Part shown: one piece after another, positions 38,840 to 52,310 of the stretch
How positions within the stretch are numbered: position 1 is the stretch's first letter
Layout: each line of letters begins with the position of its first letter
From: Vicugna vicugna
Lineage: Eukaryota
DNA length: 64,000 nucleotides
Direction of reading: 5' to 3'
Assembly: GCA_013265495.1 (NCBI GenBank)
Contig: MU058337.1
Location: 2,572,686-2,636,685 of the forward strand
Program-made: the position numbers and the translations under genes
The notes under the pieces: model-generated
Databases searched by the model: none
What the model saw: the letters and a program-made list of their open reading frames with translations, nothing else
Told to the model about the DNA's origin: nothing

Positions 38840-41230
38840 GTGACTGTGTCCTGTTGCAATCACATAATATACAGCCTTTTCATACTGGTTCCTTTAACTT
38901 TAATACCCATGTAAGTTTCCTTCAAGTCTTTTATTGCTCGATTGTTTCTTTTTGTCACTGATCAGTATTCCAGGGTACTGCATCTTGTCTGCCATTCACC
39001 TGGTAAAGACTTCCTTGGTTGCTTCCAGCTTGGGGCAATTATCAATAAAGCCACTATCAATATTCATGTATAGGTTTTCTGTGAATGTAAGTTTTCAGAT
39101 CAACTGGGGAATTACTTTGGAGCACAGTTGTTGCATTGCAAGGTGAGACTACATTTAACTATGTGAGAAACTACCAAACTGCCTTCTAAAGTGGCGCAGC
39201 TATCCTATCTCCCCACCACAACGAGCGAGAGCCCCTGTTGCCCACATCCGCGTCAGAATTTGCTAGTGTCAGGTTTTTTTGGATTTTTAACTATTCTCAT
39301 AGATGTTAGTGGTGTCTCATTACGGTTTCAATTTGCAATTCCTTGAAGAAAAAGGATGTTGAGCATTTTCATATGTTCATTTAATAATCTATGTCTCTTT
39401 TTCACTTTGGTATGTATTCAGAACCATTATCCATTTTCAGTTAATTTTTTCTTTGTATATTTTGAATACAAGCCCTTTATCAAATATGAGGTTTGAAAAT
39501 ATGGTCTCCTAGCCTCTGGCTTGAATTTCTTTTTTATTCTTTTAAGAATCTTTTTTTGTAGAGTAGAAGTTTTTAATTATAATAAGGTCTAACTTTTTTT
39601 ATTCTGTCATGGATCATGCTTTTGGTGTTGTATCTAATTACTTGTCACCAAACCCAAGGTCACATAGAGTTCCCCCAATGTTTTCTTCTAGAGGTTTTGA
39701 AGTTTTGTATTCTGTCTATCTATCTATCTCTGTATATGTAATCCCTTTTCAGTTAATTTCTGTGAAATTCTAAGGTCTGTGTATAGATGTTTTGCTGTTG
39801 TTTTTATTCTTGATTTTTCTAGCATCATTTGTTGAGAAGACTAACCTTTCTTTATGGTATTCCTTTTGCAAGCTTGTCAAAGATAGGTTGATTATATATT
39901 TTAAGTCTATTAGTAGGTTTCTATTATGTTCCACTGATATTTTTATACATGATTTTTGCAAGGTTAGTCTGTCTTAATTCCTGGTACTTTATAGTAAGTC
40001 TTAAATTTGGGAGCTTCAGTCCTCCATCCTGGTTCTTATTCAATATTGTATGAGCTTTTTAATGCTCTTGCTTTTTCATATAAGCATAAGAAGCAGTTTG
40101 TTGATATCCACAAAACAGCTTGTGTGGGTTTTATTTGGAACAGTAATGTAGTTACAGACCAATTAGGAAAGAATTGTTATTTTAATATTGAGTCTCCCAA
40201 TACTAGAACATATAATTAGATCTTTGATTTCTTTCAATTTGGTTTCTGATATTTTACTAGACTTATGCCTACATATTTAATTTTTTGATTCTATTGTAAA
40301 AAGCATTGTATTTTTAATGTCAAATTTCTATCTATTTCTGGTATATAGGAAACCAACGGACTTTCGTATATTAACCTTGTATCTGGTGGCCTGGTTACAA
40401 TCACGTACTAGTTGCAAGTGCTTTTTGTTTGCTGTTTCCTGGGGATTTTCTACATAGGCAGTGTGCAAAAATAGTTTAATTTCTTCCTGCTCATTCTGTA
40501 TACATTTTATTTTCTTTGTCTTATCACATTCGCTATAATGCAGTTAACAGCTGATGTGATGGTTCGGTGCGGGAATAGGAGACACATTCTGCAATCGTAT
40601 TATTAAAGGGCAGTGTTTTTGTGCTCCTATGTGCTTTGGACATGGGCTTCACTATTGTTCCTTGCCTTCTCCCTGATGCCTTAGTAGAGGCAGGAAGGCT
40701 AGAGCATTCTGGAGTTGGATAATTTCCTCCCACAGGTAGGGTGAACTTCTGGGCTTGCTTCAAAATGGTTTCTCTCCCGTCCTCCTTCCCTCATACACAC
40801 AATCACTGCTAGAAATGCTAGTCTTTTTCTTTTTTTCTTTCTGGGCTTTTCTCTATGTGAAACTGGTAGGATTCCTGGAGGTAAATTCCACGAAGGTGTT
40901 GGATCCTCCCCTAAGTCATCAGCAGCCAGAATTTCCTCCCTCTATGATAGTCCGGGCTGTGGCTCCAGTAACTCTTCACAGTTTCCATTAAGCATCCCGA
41001 GGTGTTTATGACCCTAGTGGCCTCTGCTGCAGATAAGCTGGCCTGGGCTATAATTCCCTGTATTGCCGCATCTCTTCAGATTTTGGGGTAGTGATTTGAC
41101 TTGAAACCTCTGTGTCTAATGGAGCCAAGTAAAGAAATTGAAGTTCAGATTTTTCTAAGGTTTTTTTAAGCAGGAAGGATGAGAGTGACAACTTCCATTC
41201 TCCTTACCTTTTAGAGCTGAAGCAAAAGTT
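38840..41230 (-). mobile_element. Old L1 (L1M): 3' UTR/ORF2 pieces plus a 5' end fragment at about 40620-41230
   Basis: tgtgagaaactaccaaactgccttctaaagtggc, tcatggatcatgcttttggtgttgtatctaa, gtatattaaccttgtatc; ggatgagagtgacaacttcca...gagctgaagc resembles old L1 5' ends. Confidence 0.85.
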
Positions 41231-42381
41231 AAGTTGTCTTTTAAAATATTTGCTCCCTATATCTATGCCCATGAACTCATCAACATTACTCACTCGGGAG
41301 CAACTACATTTAAATTTTATTTTTTATTTATAGAAAATTTAGAGCTGGAGTTGTAAAGCAACTTTATTTTCTTTTTCTCTTATTTTCCTGCTACAGGTGA
41401 TGTTGACGTCACAGCTGCCTTTCTAAGGAGTGTAAGATTAAAGAGTTGTCTTCCTGGCACCTACATCATAAAGGACCACAGCAATGCACAACCAAAGGTA
41501 AGAAACAAGAATATAGCAAAATAAATCAGATACCATATTTCTCTCTTTGAGTTATTCATAGAATGTAGAATGTCTTAATATTTAATATGCATTTCTTGAG
41601 ATAAATCTTGCTAAAATAACAGAAGGGTCTAAACTATACTAGAATCTTAAAAAATGTCAACTTTTGCTAGGACTATAGTTCATATTTGCAAATTCCTAAT
41701 TATATTTTTCTTTTCTTTAGGATTATTACTACTACAAATCCTAAACACCTTTGATTTGGTTTTATATTTTCTAATTTTATCTAAGCATAATATTGATTCA
41801 TTTACAACATTCAATCCACATGCCTATAAATTACTGATTATCAAATTCATGCACTGCCCATTCGATTGAAACTCTGAAATTAGGGAGGTTCACCAGGAAA
41901 GCAGAGCTTCATCTGAATCAAGTTCAGCTTTCTAGGCTTTTCATCAAAACTCAAGATGAAACATTTTATGCTCTCTGAATAGAATGCATTTTTTTTTTTT
42001 GGCAGACAAATTTCTCGTGTTCTTTAGTTGGTAACAAAACTTTCATTATAGAGCTCAGAAGAAAGCTAGTGTAGAATTGAAGCTTCACAAGAAAAAAATG
42101 AAGAGCAGAGTGTAAAATCAGCTGGAGCATCCCATTTTTGTACAGAAAGTTGAAGTGAAAAAAAACAGGCACAGTCAACTATCGTTGGCAGGAAATCTTG
42201 CCTGATGAAAGAGGGTGAGGTTTGAAAAATCGTATCATGGAAGGGGATTAGCATTTATTGAGAAAATGCTCTCTTTTATGTACTCATTTGTCTAATAAAA
42301 AACAGAAATGTTTGAGGAGAATTTTCCTTTTCCAAATTAGGAAACTAAGGCTTAGAGGTACTTAATAGTCCCCCCCCCCGA
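39567..42381 (+). repeat. Tandem duplication, copy 1 (about 2.8 kb)
   Basis: Sequence and ORF track recur at an offset of 2816, then 2815 after a 1-nt poly-T difference. Confidence 0.98.
41397..41497 (+). other. Candidate 101-nt exon, copy 1
   Basis: Long pyrimidine tract ending ctgctacag| and donor AAG|GTAAGA; lies in non-repeat sequence. Confidence 0.5.
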
Positions 42382-42382
42382 A

Positions 42383-44046
42383 AAGTTTTTAATTATAATA
42401 AGGTCTAACTTTTTTTATTCTGTCATGGATCATGCTTTTGGTGTTGTATCTAATTACTTGTCACCAAACCCAAGGTCACATAGAGTTCCCCCAATGTTTT
42501 CTTCTAGAGGTTTTGAAGTTTTGTATTCTGTCTATCTATCTATCTCTGTATATGTAATCCCTTTTCAGTTAATTTCTGTGAAATTCTAAGGTCTGTGTAT
42601 AGATGTTTTGCTGTTGTTTTTATTCTTGATTTTTCTAGCATCATTTGTTGAGAAGACTAACCTTTCTTTATGGTATTCCTTTTGCAAGCTTGTCAAAGAT
42701 AGGTTGATTATATATTTTAAGTCTATTAGTAGGTTTCTATTATGTTCCACTGATATTTTTATACATGATTTTTGCAAGGTTAGTCTGTCTTAATTCCTGG
42801 TACTTTATAGTAAGTCTTAAATTTGGGAGCTTCAGTCCTCCATCCTGGTTCTTATTCAATATTGTATGAGCTTTTTAATGCTCTTGCTTTTTCATATAAG
42901 CATAAGAAGCAGTTTGTTGATATCCACAAAACAGCTTGTGTGGGTTTTATTTGGAACAGTAATGTAGTTACAGACCAATTAGGAAAGAATTGTTATTTTA
43001 ATATTGAGTCTCCCAATACTAGAACATATAATTAGATCTTCGATTTCTTTCAATTTGGTTTCTGATATTTTACTAGACTTATGCCTACATATTTAATTTT
43101 TTGATTCTATTGTAAAAAGCATTGTATTTTTAATGTCAAATTTCTATCTATTTCTGGTATATAGGAAACCAACGGACTTTCGTATATTAACCTTGTATCT
43201 GGTGGCCTGGTTACAATCACGTACTAGTTGCAAGTGCTTTTTGTTTGCTGTTTCCTGGGGATTTTCTACATAGGCAGTGTGCAAAAATAGTTTAATTTCT
43301 TCCTGCTCATTCTGTATACATTTTATTTTCTTTGTCTTATCACATTCGCTATAATGCAGTTAACAGCTGATGTGATGGTTCGGTGCGGGAATAGGAGACA
43401 CATTCTGCAATCGTATTATTAAAGGGCAGTGTTTTTGTGCTCCTATGTGCTTTGGACATGGGCTTCACTATTGTTCCTTGCCTTCTCCCTGATGCCTTAG
43501 TAGAGGCAGGAAGGCTAGAGCATTCTGGAGTTGGATAATTTCCTCCCACAGGTAGGGTGAACTTCTGGGCTTGCTTCAAAATGGTTTCTCTCCCGTCCTC
43601 CTTCCCTCATACACACAATCACTGCTAGAAATGCTAGTCTTTTTCTTTTTTTCTTTCTGGGCTTTTCTCTATGTGAAACTGGTAGGATTCCTGGAGGTAA
43701 ATTCCACGAAGGTGTTGGATCCTCCCCTAAGTCATCAGCAGCCAGAATTTCCTCCCTCTATGATAGTCCGGGCTGTGGCTCCAGTAACTCTTCACAGTTT
43801 CCATTAAGCATCCCGAGGTGTTTATGACCCTAGTGGCCTCTGCTGCAGATAAGCTGGCCTGGGCTATAATTCCCTGTATTGCCGCATCTCTTCAGATTTT
43901 GGGGTAGTGATTTGACTTGAAACCTCTGTGTCTAATGGAGCCAAGTAAAGAAATTGAAGTTCAGATTTTTCTAAGGTTTTTTTAAGCCGGAAGGATGAGA
44001 GTGACAACTTCCATTCTCCTTACCTTTTAGAGCTGAAGCAAAAGTT
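42383..44046 (-). mobile_element. Duplicated, truncated copy of the old L1 at 39567-41230
   Basis: Near-identical to the corresponding part of copy 1. Confidence 0.85.
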
Positions 44047-44212
44047 AAGTTGTCTTTTAAAATATTTGCTCCCTATATCTATGCCCATGAACTCATCAAC
44101 ATTACTCACTCGGGAGCAACTACATTTAAATTTTATTTTTTATTTATAGAAAATTTAGAGCTGGAGTTGTAAAGCAACTTTATTTTCTTTTTCTCTTATT
44201 TTCCTGCTACAG

Positions 44213-44313
44213 GTGATGTTGACGTCACAGCTGCCTTTCTAAGGAGTGTAAGATTAAAGAGTTGTCTTCCTGGCACCTACATCATAAAGGACCACAGCAA
44301 TGCACAACCAAAG
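44213..44313 (+). other. Candidate 101-nt exon, copy 2
   Basis: Identical to 41397-41497 including both splice signals. Confidence 0.5.
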
Positions 44314-45134
44314 GTAAGAAACAAGAATATAGCAAAATAAATCAGATACCATATTTCTCTCTTTGAGTTATTCATAGAATGTAGAATGTCTTAATATTTA
44401 ATATGCATTTCTTGAGATAAATCTTGCTAAAATAACAGAAGGGTCTAAACTATACTAGAATCTTAAAAAATGTCAACTTTTGCTAGGACTATAGTTCATA
44501 TTTGCAAATTCCTAATTATATTTTTCTTTTCTTTAGGATTATTACTACTACAAATCCTAAACACCTTTGATTTGGTTTTATATTTTCTAATTTTATCTAA
44601 GCATAATATTGATTCATTTACAACATTCAATCCACATGCCTATAAATTACTGATTATCAAATTCATGCACTGCCCGTTCGATTGAAACTCTGAAATTAGG
44701 GAGGTTCACCAGGAAAGCAGAGCTTCATCTGAATCAAGTTCAGCTTTCTAGGCTTTTCATCAAAACTCAAGATGAAACATTTTATGCTCTCTGAATAGAA
44801 TGCATTTTTTTTTTTGGCAGACAAATTTCTCGTGTTCTTTAGTTGGTAACAAAACTTTCATTATAGAGCTCAGAAGAAAGCTAGTGTAGAATTGAAGCTT
44901 CACAAGAAAAAAATGAAGAGCAGAGTGTAAAATCAGCTGGAGCATCCCATTTTTGTACAGAAAGTTGAAGTGAAAAAAAACAGGCACAGTCAACTATCGT
45001 TGGCAGGAAATCTTGCCTGATGAAAGAGGGTGAGGTTTGAAAAATCGTATCATGGAAGGGGATTAGCATTTATTGAGAAAATGCTCTCTTTTATGTACTC
45101 ATTTGTCTAATAAAAAACAGAAATGTTTGAGGAG

Positions 45135-45275
45135 AATTTTCCTTTTCCAAATTAGGAAACTAAGGCTTAGAGGTACTTAATAGTCCCCCCCCCCGACCCC
45201 CCTCAGGTCATAAAGGTGCTGTGTGTCAGAATCAGGAGCCAATCAGGATCTGGACCAAGATGTAGCCACTGCATC
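45135..45275 (-). mobile_element. MIR fragment spanning the right end of the duplication
   Basis: ttttccaaattaggaaactaaggcttagaggt...caggtcata...gtgtcagaatcagga; its first half is also present at 42320-42370. Confidence 0.65.
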
Positions 45276-45632
45276 CATTATTCATGCACATTGTCTTTGC
45301 AAAAGCGTTGCATACTTTCTATTGGTGTGTTTGTCAGAAAAACTTGAAGTTCTCTAACTACATGCATGGCCTTGGATAATGGACTTAACATCTCCTGATT
45401 AAAATTGGATATAAAATAAGAAGTTTAAAAGATTCGAGCTCACTTTAATTTTCGATGTCCAGTTAAATCAGACACAAGTGACTTTCATGAAAGTGGTTTT
45501 CATTAATAGCATGTCATTGTTCTTTATAGTTATCTTCTTAGAAGATGGATACAAAATGTGCTATGTTTTAATTGGATGATTATTATGTGTTTCCTTGGAG
45601 GAGCACTTGAATTCATGAAAATATTTTTATAG

Positions 45633-45792
45633 CAGTATCTTTCAAACTCGAATGCACGTGTAAATCACTTGGTGACCTTGTTAAAACGCATCCTGATTCT
45701 ACAGGACTGGCAAGGTGCCTGTGAGTCTATGTTTCTAACCAGCTCCAAGGAGAAGCTGATTCTGGGTTAGGGACCACGCTGGCAGAGCAAGC
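45633..45792. mobile_element. MER5A-like hAT-Charlie element
   Basis: cagtatctttcaaact...aatcacttggtgaccttgttaaaacgca...tttctaaccagctcc...ggaccacgct. Confidence 0.8.
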
Positions 45793-46519
45793 ATCTAGAC
45801 TCCTGAGCAGACTTGATGACGTTATCAGAAGCCCTTAGTGCTTTATTCATCCTTCCCTGTTGGGCACATGTTGGGAAATTAATTTCTAACTGAGTGGTTT
45901 TCAACCCTGACTACACACTACTAGCTAACCAGAGACACTCACGAAATACAGGACACTTTACAGCTGCTGTTATCAGTCCTCCTGTAGTCTCGGGGCAAAG
46001 AAGCTGTAGCTGCCACATACCCAGTTTGTTTCCAGAAGCTGGGAGTGCTTTTCATTTTTTTCTTCGGCACAATGTCATGAATGCAGCTAGCTTTTATTAA
46101 ACATCTGCTCTTGGTAGGGGATTACGTAGACTACCGTGTGTACAAACATGGGCCTGCCTTCGAGAAAAAGTGCCAGTAATCTTGTACACTTACAGAAGAG
46201 GCATTTTCCTGTATTTTTATTCTTGGTTAGTGCTTTAAAACTATACTATTCAAAAGGTATTGAAAAGCATAGAAAATGATAACAAACACGTGCTAATATT
46301 ATGTCGCTGTCGTTTTCTCACTCCCTCTTTTCCTTGAATGCATCTGCTGATACTTCCTGAAACAAGATGCTTCCTCCTTCATCCTGGCTCAGTGGTACGT
46401 CTTCTTTTATATCGCCCTCCTGGATTGTTTGAGACTTCTTGCATAGCTACAGCTATATCTAGATACAGATCTCCTTTCAAATAATGGACTGGAAGATGAT
46501 AGAAAAATAGACATGTAAT

Positions 46520-49500
46520 ACATAGTACATTGTTTCTAAATACGATTAAAATTTACATAGAATATATTATTATATGGATTATTTTAACTTGTTCAGTTCA
46601 AAGACTGTGATGTGTGTATCTAGACAATGCATTTACAGGACTGATAAGAATTCTATTGTTCAATGAAACGCATATATTCATTTCTGTTATATTGGAGAAG
46701 GGCCTGTTAAATCCCTGTTGCAAGAAGAAAATGATGCAGTAAGCATCACAGAGCAAATGTCTGTGCACTTGAGTGATGTCAGGGCACACGTGTTCTTAAG
46801 TGTTGTCACGTTATCAGATTTGAGCAGATTTGATTAATTTGATAGTTATTGGATGCTTTGCCATATACATTTCTCTGTTTACTTATCCAAATAATAAACG
46901 TTCATATCCTTTTCCATTCAGTTCTTTTAATCAATGAATTTCTTGTTCATATCTTTTGCACGTTTTTAGGGATTTCTTTCACCTGTTCATAATTGTTAAT
47001 GTAACTATTTATATATTTGGGACACCAAGCCTTTTCAGTTGTATGTTTTGAAAATATTATCTTCTGGTTGCAGATCACTTTTTAATTTAAGGCATGATGT
47101 TTATTTTAAGGTAGAAATATTTTCTAGTTTTTCTTTTTTTTCTTCGTTGAGTACCTTGTCTCAAGTATCTTATTTAAAAAGATATTTTTCAAGTTCCATT
47201 TTCTTTACTTTGTCATTTATATTCTTAAGCCTAGTAGATGACACTGTGTGTACACTATACAATGGGAACTTGTTTCCCACGGTAGGCATCGTGCCCAGCA
47301 CCCTGGTTGAACATGCTGACCTGTGGTTTCATCTGTCATATGAAGAGAACTAATGCACATGTGAGTCAGCACGTGTGGATATGCTTCCTGGCAATTCCCT
47401 TCAGAAGGTACATTTTATTTGCCATTATACTAATACACACTTCATTACTCCTGCCTCATATGAATTTAACTGAATGGTGGGAAATTTTAGTCTTTGAATT
47501 TGTTTTCACCATTCTTGAGCTTTTCTTCCTTCCTAAGAAGCTTAGACCCATTTTCTTAAAGGTTATAAACAAAGACAGATTTTTTTTTCAATTGCATCAT
47601 AATTAGCATAGTTTGAGAAAAGAACCATTTTGAATAATGTATTTCTACCTATGAGAAGTATGTGTCTTATTTGTAAGTTCTTTGACAAATTCTTATATCT
47701 GTTAAAAACCAGCATGCATTTGTGCTGTTTTTCCCCTCCTGGGTATTCAGCAGAATTTGGTGGTGTCCTCATTTTAATTATATAGCCACATATTTCTTAC
47801 TTATAGGAATGCTGTTTTTGTTGGCATAATCTCACATTTTCTTGTATAGCCTCTTTTAGGATCACATTTTTTTTTTGTAACAGGAGTTTGAATTATTTTT
47901 CTTTTCACATCTTTATTTATTCACTAATTTATTTACATTTTATTTTACTGTCTAGGGTCTCAAATACAATGTTGTGCACAAACACTAATAGCGTTAACCT
48001 TTGTCTCTTCCATGATGTCAAGCACTTCTTCTAAAATTTCACCATTAGATGTTATTTTGGATGGATTTGTTTGTGAAAGTGATTGTCTATCAAATAAAAG
48101 GAGCTATCTTCTATCCTCAGATGCTGAGTATAACATGTCAACTTCATTTATTGCGTGTTGACTTAATCACATTTTAACATCCATTGACATAATCACATTA
48201 CCTTTTCTTCTGTAAGCTGTTAATGTGATATGAAGAATTTCGTGTAGCATTTACCTGATGTTAATGGTGCCATTCTGGCCATTCTGGGGTAAATCTAGTC
48301 CATTGGTGGTGTGGTGTTCACTGTCATAACTTTGGTGAGAGTGCCAAGGTTGCTGCAATTATATAGAACATGTTTGCACTTATTTTCTTAACTGTGATTT
48401 GCCTAAATTTCTCCTTACCTGGTTTTGCTATCTGAGCTATAGTAACCTCATAAAATGAATTTGGAAACTCTCTTTCATTTTTCTGTCCTCTGGAGCAGTT
48501 TATATAGTTTAAGGATTACATGTTCTTTTAAGGTTTTATAGAACTTGGTTATAAAACTGTCTGGGCCTGGTGTTATTCTGTGGGTGGGAGGTGGGTGGGG
48601 ACGAGGGTAAGTGTTAAGCTACAGCTTCGACAGCTTTAACTTCACAAACGGTTGTTAAAGTTTGTGTTTCATTTTGAGCCAGTTTTGACAATTTTTACAT
48701 TTTGAAAATGTCTATTTTATGTAAGTTTGAAAGACATTTATATTATTATTTTGTTTTTAAGTGATTGAATGTATTGTTCTGCATTAATTTGTAATATTGG
48801 TATGTGTTTTCTTTATATTTCCTTGATTGGTCATATCACAGTTTCATCCATTGGATTTATCTTTTTAAAGAATCCGATTTTAAAAACACCTTTTCTGTAG
48901 ACTCTGTTTTCTATTTCATTGATTGCTAGATTTTATGTTTATCATTCCCTTTCTTCAATAGTTCTCATGCTTACTCTTTTGTTTTTTTCTGACTCTCTAA
49001 CCTAAACATTCATCATGCAATTTTCAACCTTCTTTTTAACTAAATGAATGCATTTTACAGTTGCAGATTTCCTTTGAATTACAACCTTACATTTTGATAA
49101 TGAAGTATTTTCAAGGTTAATCAGAACTAAATCTTTTGTACTTTCTGTTACTTCTTTTTTAACCCAAGAATTATTTAAATGTGTATGTATTTTATTTTTC
49201 AAAGTATAAAACTTTGGGGATGTTTTAAAATATGAGCCCCTAACTTTGTGGTATGTGCATGATTCAGCTGTCTTTGTACCTGTGGAGTATTTTTTTTTTT
49301 CTGTGTCCTGTATTGGTCACTGGAAATATTCTAGGTATGATTCGAGACCATCTATATTGTCTAACTTGGGATCTCTCTGTCTCTCACCAATCTCGTTAAT
49401 TGTGTTTTCACTCTTATTTCCTTTCGGATCTGTCACTTATATCATGATCTCTGGAGAAAGAAGTGTTATAAATAAGGGATGTTAGAATTTCTAATTATTT
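46520..49500 (-). mobile_element. Highly diverged L1 (L1ME-like) ORF2/3' region
   Basis: T-rich antisense L1 motifs such as tttcaccattagatgttattt, acctcataaaatgaatttggaa, taaaactgtctgggcctggtgtt, tttaacccaagaattattta. Confidence 0.8.
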
Positions 49501-49659
49501 TGTGCATAACATTCGAAATTAATTACTTCGGTTTAACTCAGTGCATCTAAATTTGATCTCATCAAAACATCCAATCTGCTTTGTCAGATTTTTAGTTTGT
49601 TGTTTGTTTTTAACTTCAAGCAGTCTGTCAACCCTCTTCTACGTTTTGTGCTTTGTGTG

Positions 49660-50545
49660 TTCCCTTCAGGACCATGAACCAGTGCATGGACCATCTCCCA
49701 CTGGTCTTTGCAGGCATTTCTATGCTTATCTGTTACTGCTGCCTGGAACCCTTCCATTCCTTCTGCACTAATTTCCTACCTCCTCACCCTCTTCCACGGC
49801 CCATCTCTACCTGCAGCTAGGATGACTGAAATAAAGCAAAATCAAATTGTTCCTTCCCCCTTAAAACCTTCGCTGGCTTCCCCCTGCCTGTAAACTAGTC
49901 CACCTCTCACTTGCACCATGAACTTGCTTCCTGTTCAATTTCACCTTTTGAGAACGCTGAATGGCTTCCTTGATAAATGCTCTTTCTCAAAACTATACTT
50001 GAAGGCAACTGTTTTCAAAGTCGGTCCCTGGGCCAAGCAGCGCTGGCATCACCTAGGGACGTGTGAGGAATGCAAAAGTTTTGGAGTTCTATCCCAGACC
50101 TTCTGACTCAGAACCCCTGAGGACGGGGCCCAGCCATCTGTCCCAGATCAAGCCTTACGGGTGTTCCTGACAAGTGTCCGAGTGTGAGAACCACTCCCAC
50201 AGGCTACTTCTCCTCTTCGAGACAATCCCCCTGCTCTACCAAAACCTCTTTGCAACCTGTCTCAGGCGTCAGGCTTCAGATGAAGTCACGTTCTCGGCAA
50301 AGCAAAACAGACCCTTCGATCAGGTTGAGCCCACCTGCCACGTGCATCTGCGGAGCGACGCTCTTTCCTGACACGTGCTGTTACCTTGCTGGATGCCACG
50401 TGCGGTCTAATGTAAGCCTCCCGTGAGAAGGCGTGGGCTCTGTCCAGCAGGGAATCTCAGGAGCCTCTTTGCCGTGTACTTTCAATGTCTGCCACGTATC
50501 TAGAAGGTAGACCATTGGAAAATATTTTGAATGAATGAAATGAGT
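49660..50545 (+). mobile_element. L2 fragment with 3' tail, interrupted by MER5A
   Basis: ctctacctgcagctaggatga...aaaaccttcgctggcttccc; ends aatattttgaatgaatgaaatga. Confidence 0.65.
50005..50196. mobile_element. MER5A DNA transposon
   Basis: ttttcaaagtcggtccctgggccaagcagc...gcatcacctaggga...ccagaccttctgactcagaac...tgtgagaaccact. Confidence 0.88.
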
Positions 50546-51711
50546 GAAGATATGCTTTAAACAGTTTCGCTTGTTGAAATTAGTTCTCTCGACTCTTCTT
50601 TCCTCATTTTCTAGATATATTTCCTTAGAGAATTGATATCAGAGAAAAATCTGAACTACAGATATTATTTTCTCTACTTCAACTATTTTGTTCGTCAATC
50701 GTAAGCTTCTTGGTGGAAATACACACAGAAACGTAATTTTTAAAGTATACCGCTTTTGGAGAGTCAGTGGTTGGTGGGTGAGGATTGTCTGTGGATACGA
50801 GCTGACTACGTCCACATACATTCTAGGAGAATCAGCTGCTTCAGTGCAGACTCTAGCTTGGGTTTGTTCAGTGAATCAATGCTCGTTAAAAACACGCTCT
50901 GTGCAGAATGTTACTAAATATCTTCAATAGATTCCTTCAGCTGTGTTTACAGGTGAACTGGGGAAGGGCTGGTAGGGGTTGGAGCTTGAATTGCCAGATG
51001 TGGGCTGAAGTGTGGGAGGTTAATGGCTTGCACTCTTTCCTAGTCCTTCACTTCCTACCTTTGGGGACCTTGTCCTGCCCTTTAGGCTCTGGAAAATCAT
51101 TTCATCTGCAAGCACTCTATTTTCATTTGTCTGGTTTTGGTTATGTTTTCTCTTCCTTATTAAGAACCTATTTTCTTCACTATATGAACAAATCTGCTAG
51201 TTGTTTATTTTTATTGTTGTAGTATATTTTGTAGTGATCTGTAATTTTCTTTTTTGGATTTTAACTCATGTAGCTGTATTTCCAAACTCCGTATTTGGTT
51301 ACCTGCATTTACATTCATTTTATGCTCGTGTACATTTTCAGCCACTTTTGTGACTGCTTTAAATATTTATTTTAAAATTTTGTACATCAAACATTATTTA
51401 ATATATCTTTGTGTTAACATTTCTTTGTTTAATTTGATTGAATGTTTCTCTCCTTAGCTATCTAATTTCAAATTTCTACACTCTTCTTTGCATTACATTA
51501 TCTTAATTTTATAGTTTTATGTTTAAATTTCCTATTTTTATTTCTTATGCTTTAAAAAATATTTCCAGCTCTGTTTTATTTATCCTCCTGACATCTAACT
51601 TTTGTACTAAGACATATTTTAGTATTTTAATTTTGGTCTATCCATACATTATTTATTTATTTTGTAGATTTTAAAAATTTTTATTTAAATTTTATGGGTT
51701 ATTTTTCACCG

Positions 51712-52310
51712 TCAACAAAATGAAAAGGCAGCCTACTGAAAAAAAATATTTGCAAATTGTTTATTTGATAAGAGGTTTATATCAAAAACATACTAAGAAC
51801 TCCTAGATCTCAATAGCAAAATAACAAATAATCCAGTTTTTACAAAGGCAGAAGTTCTGACTAACCATGTTTTTAAGGAAGACACACAGATGACCAACAG
51901 GTACAGAAAAAGATGTTCAACATCACTCATCATCAGGGAAATACAAATCGAAACTGCAATGAGATAGCACCTCACACCTGTCAGAATGGCTGTTATCAAA
52001 AAGGCAAGAAGTAGCAAGTGGCGGTGAGGATGTGGAGAACAGGAAACACCTGGGCACTGTTGGTGGGGATATACATTGGTGCGGTCAGATGGAAAACAAT
52101 GTGGAGGTTCCTCAAAGCATTAAAAATAGAACTACCGTATGATCCAGCCATCCCACATCTGGATATTTATCTAAAGAAAACAGAAACACTAATTTGAAAA
52201 GGTATTTGCACTCCTTTGTTCACTGCAGCATCATTTACCATAGCCAAGACATGGAAACAACGTAAGTGTCCACCAGTAGATGACTGGATAGAGAAAATGT
52301 GGTGTATATT
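51712..52310 (+). mobile_element. L1 ORF2 C-terminal fragment
   Basis: aagatgttcaacatcactcatcatcagggaaatacaaatc...cacctcacacctgtcagaatggct...gaactaccgtatgatccagc...gccaagacatggaaacaac. Confidence 0.93.

Larger units (their letters stand above)
42383..45196 (+). repeat. Tandem duplication, copy 2
   Basis: Begins aagtttttaattataataagg directly after C10-GA-A and ends at C10-GA (45185-45196). Confidence 0.98.
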
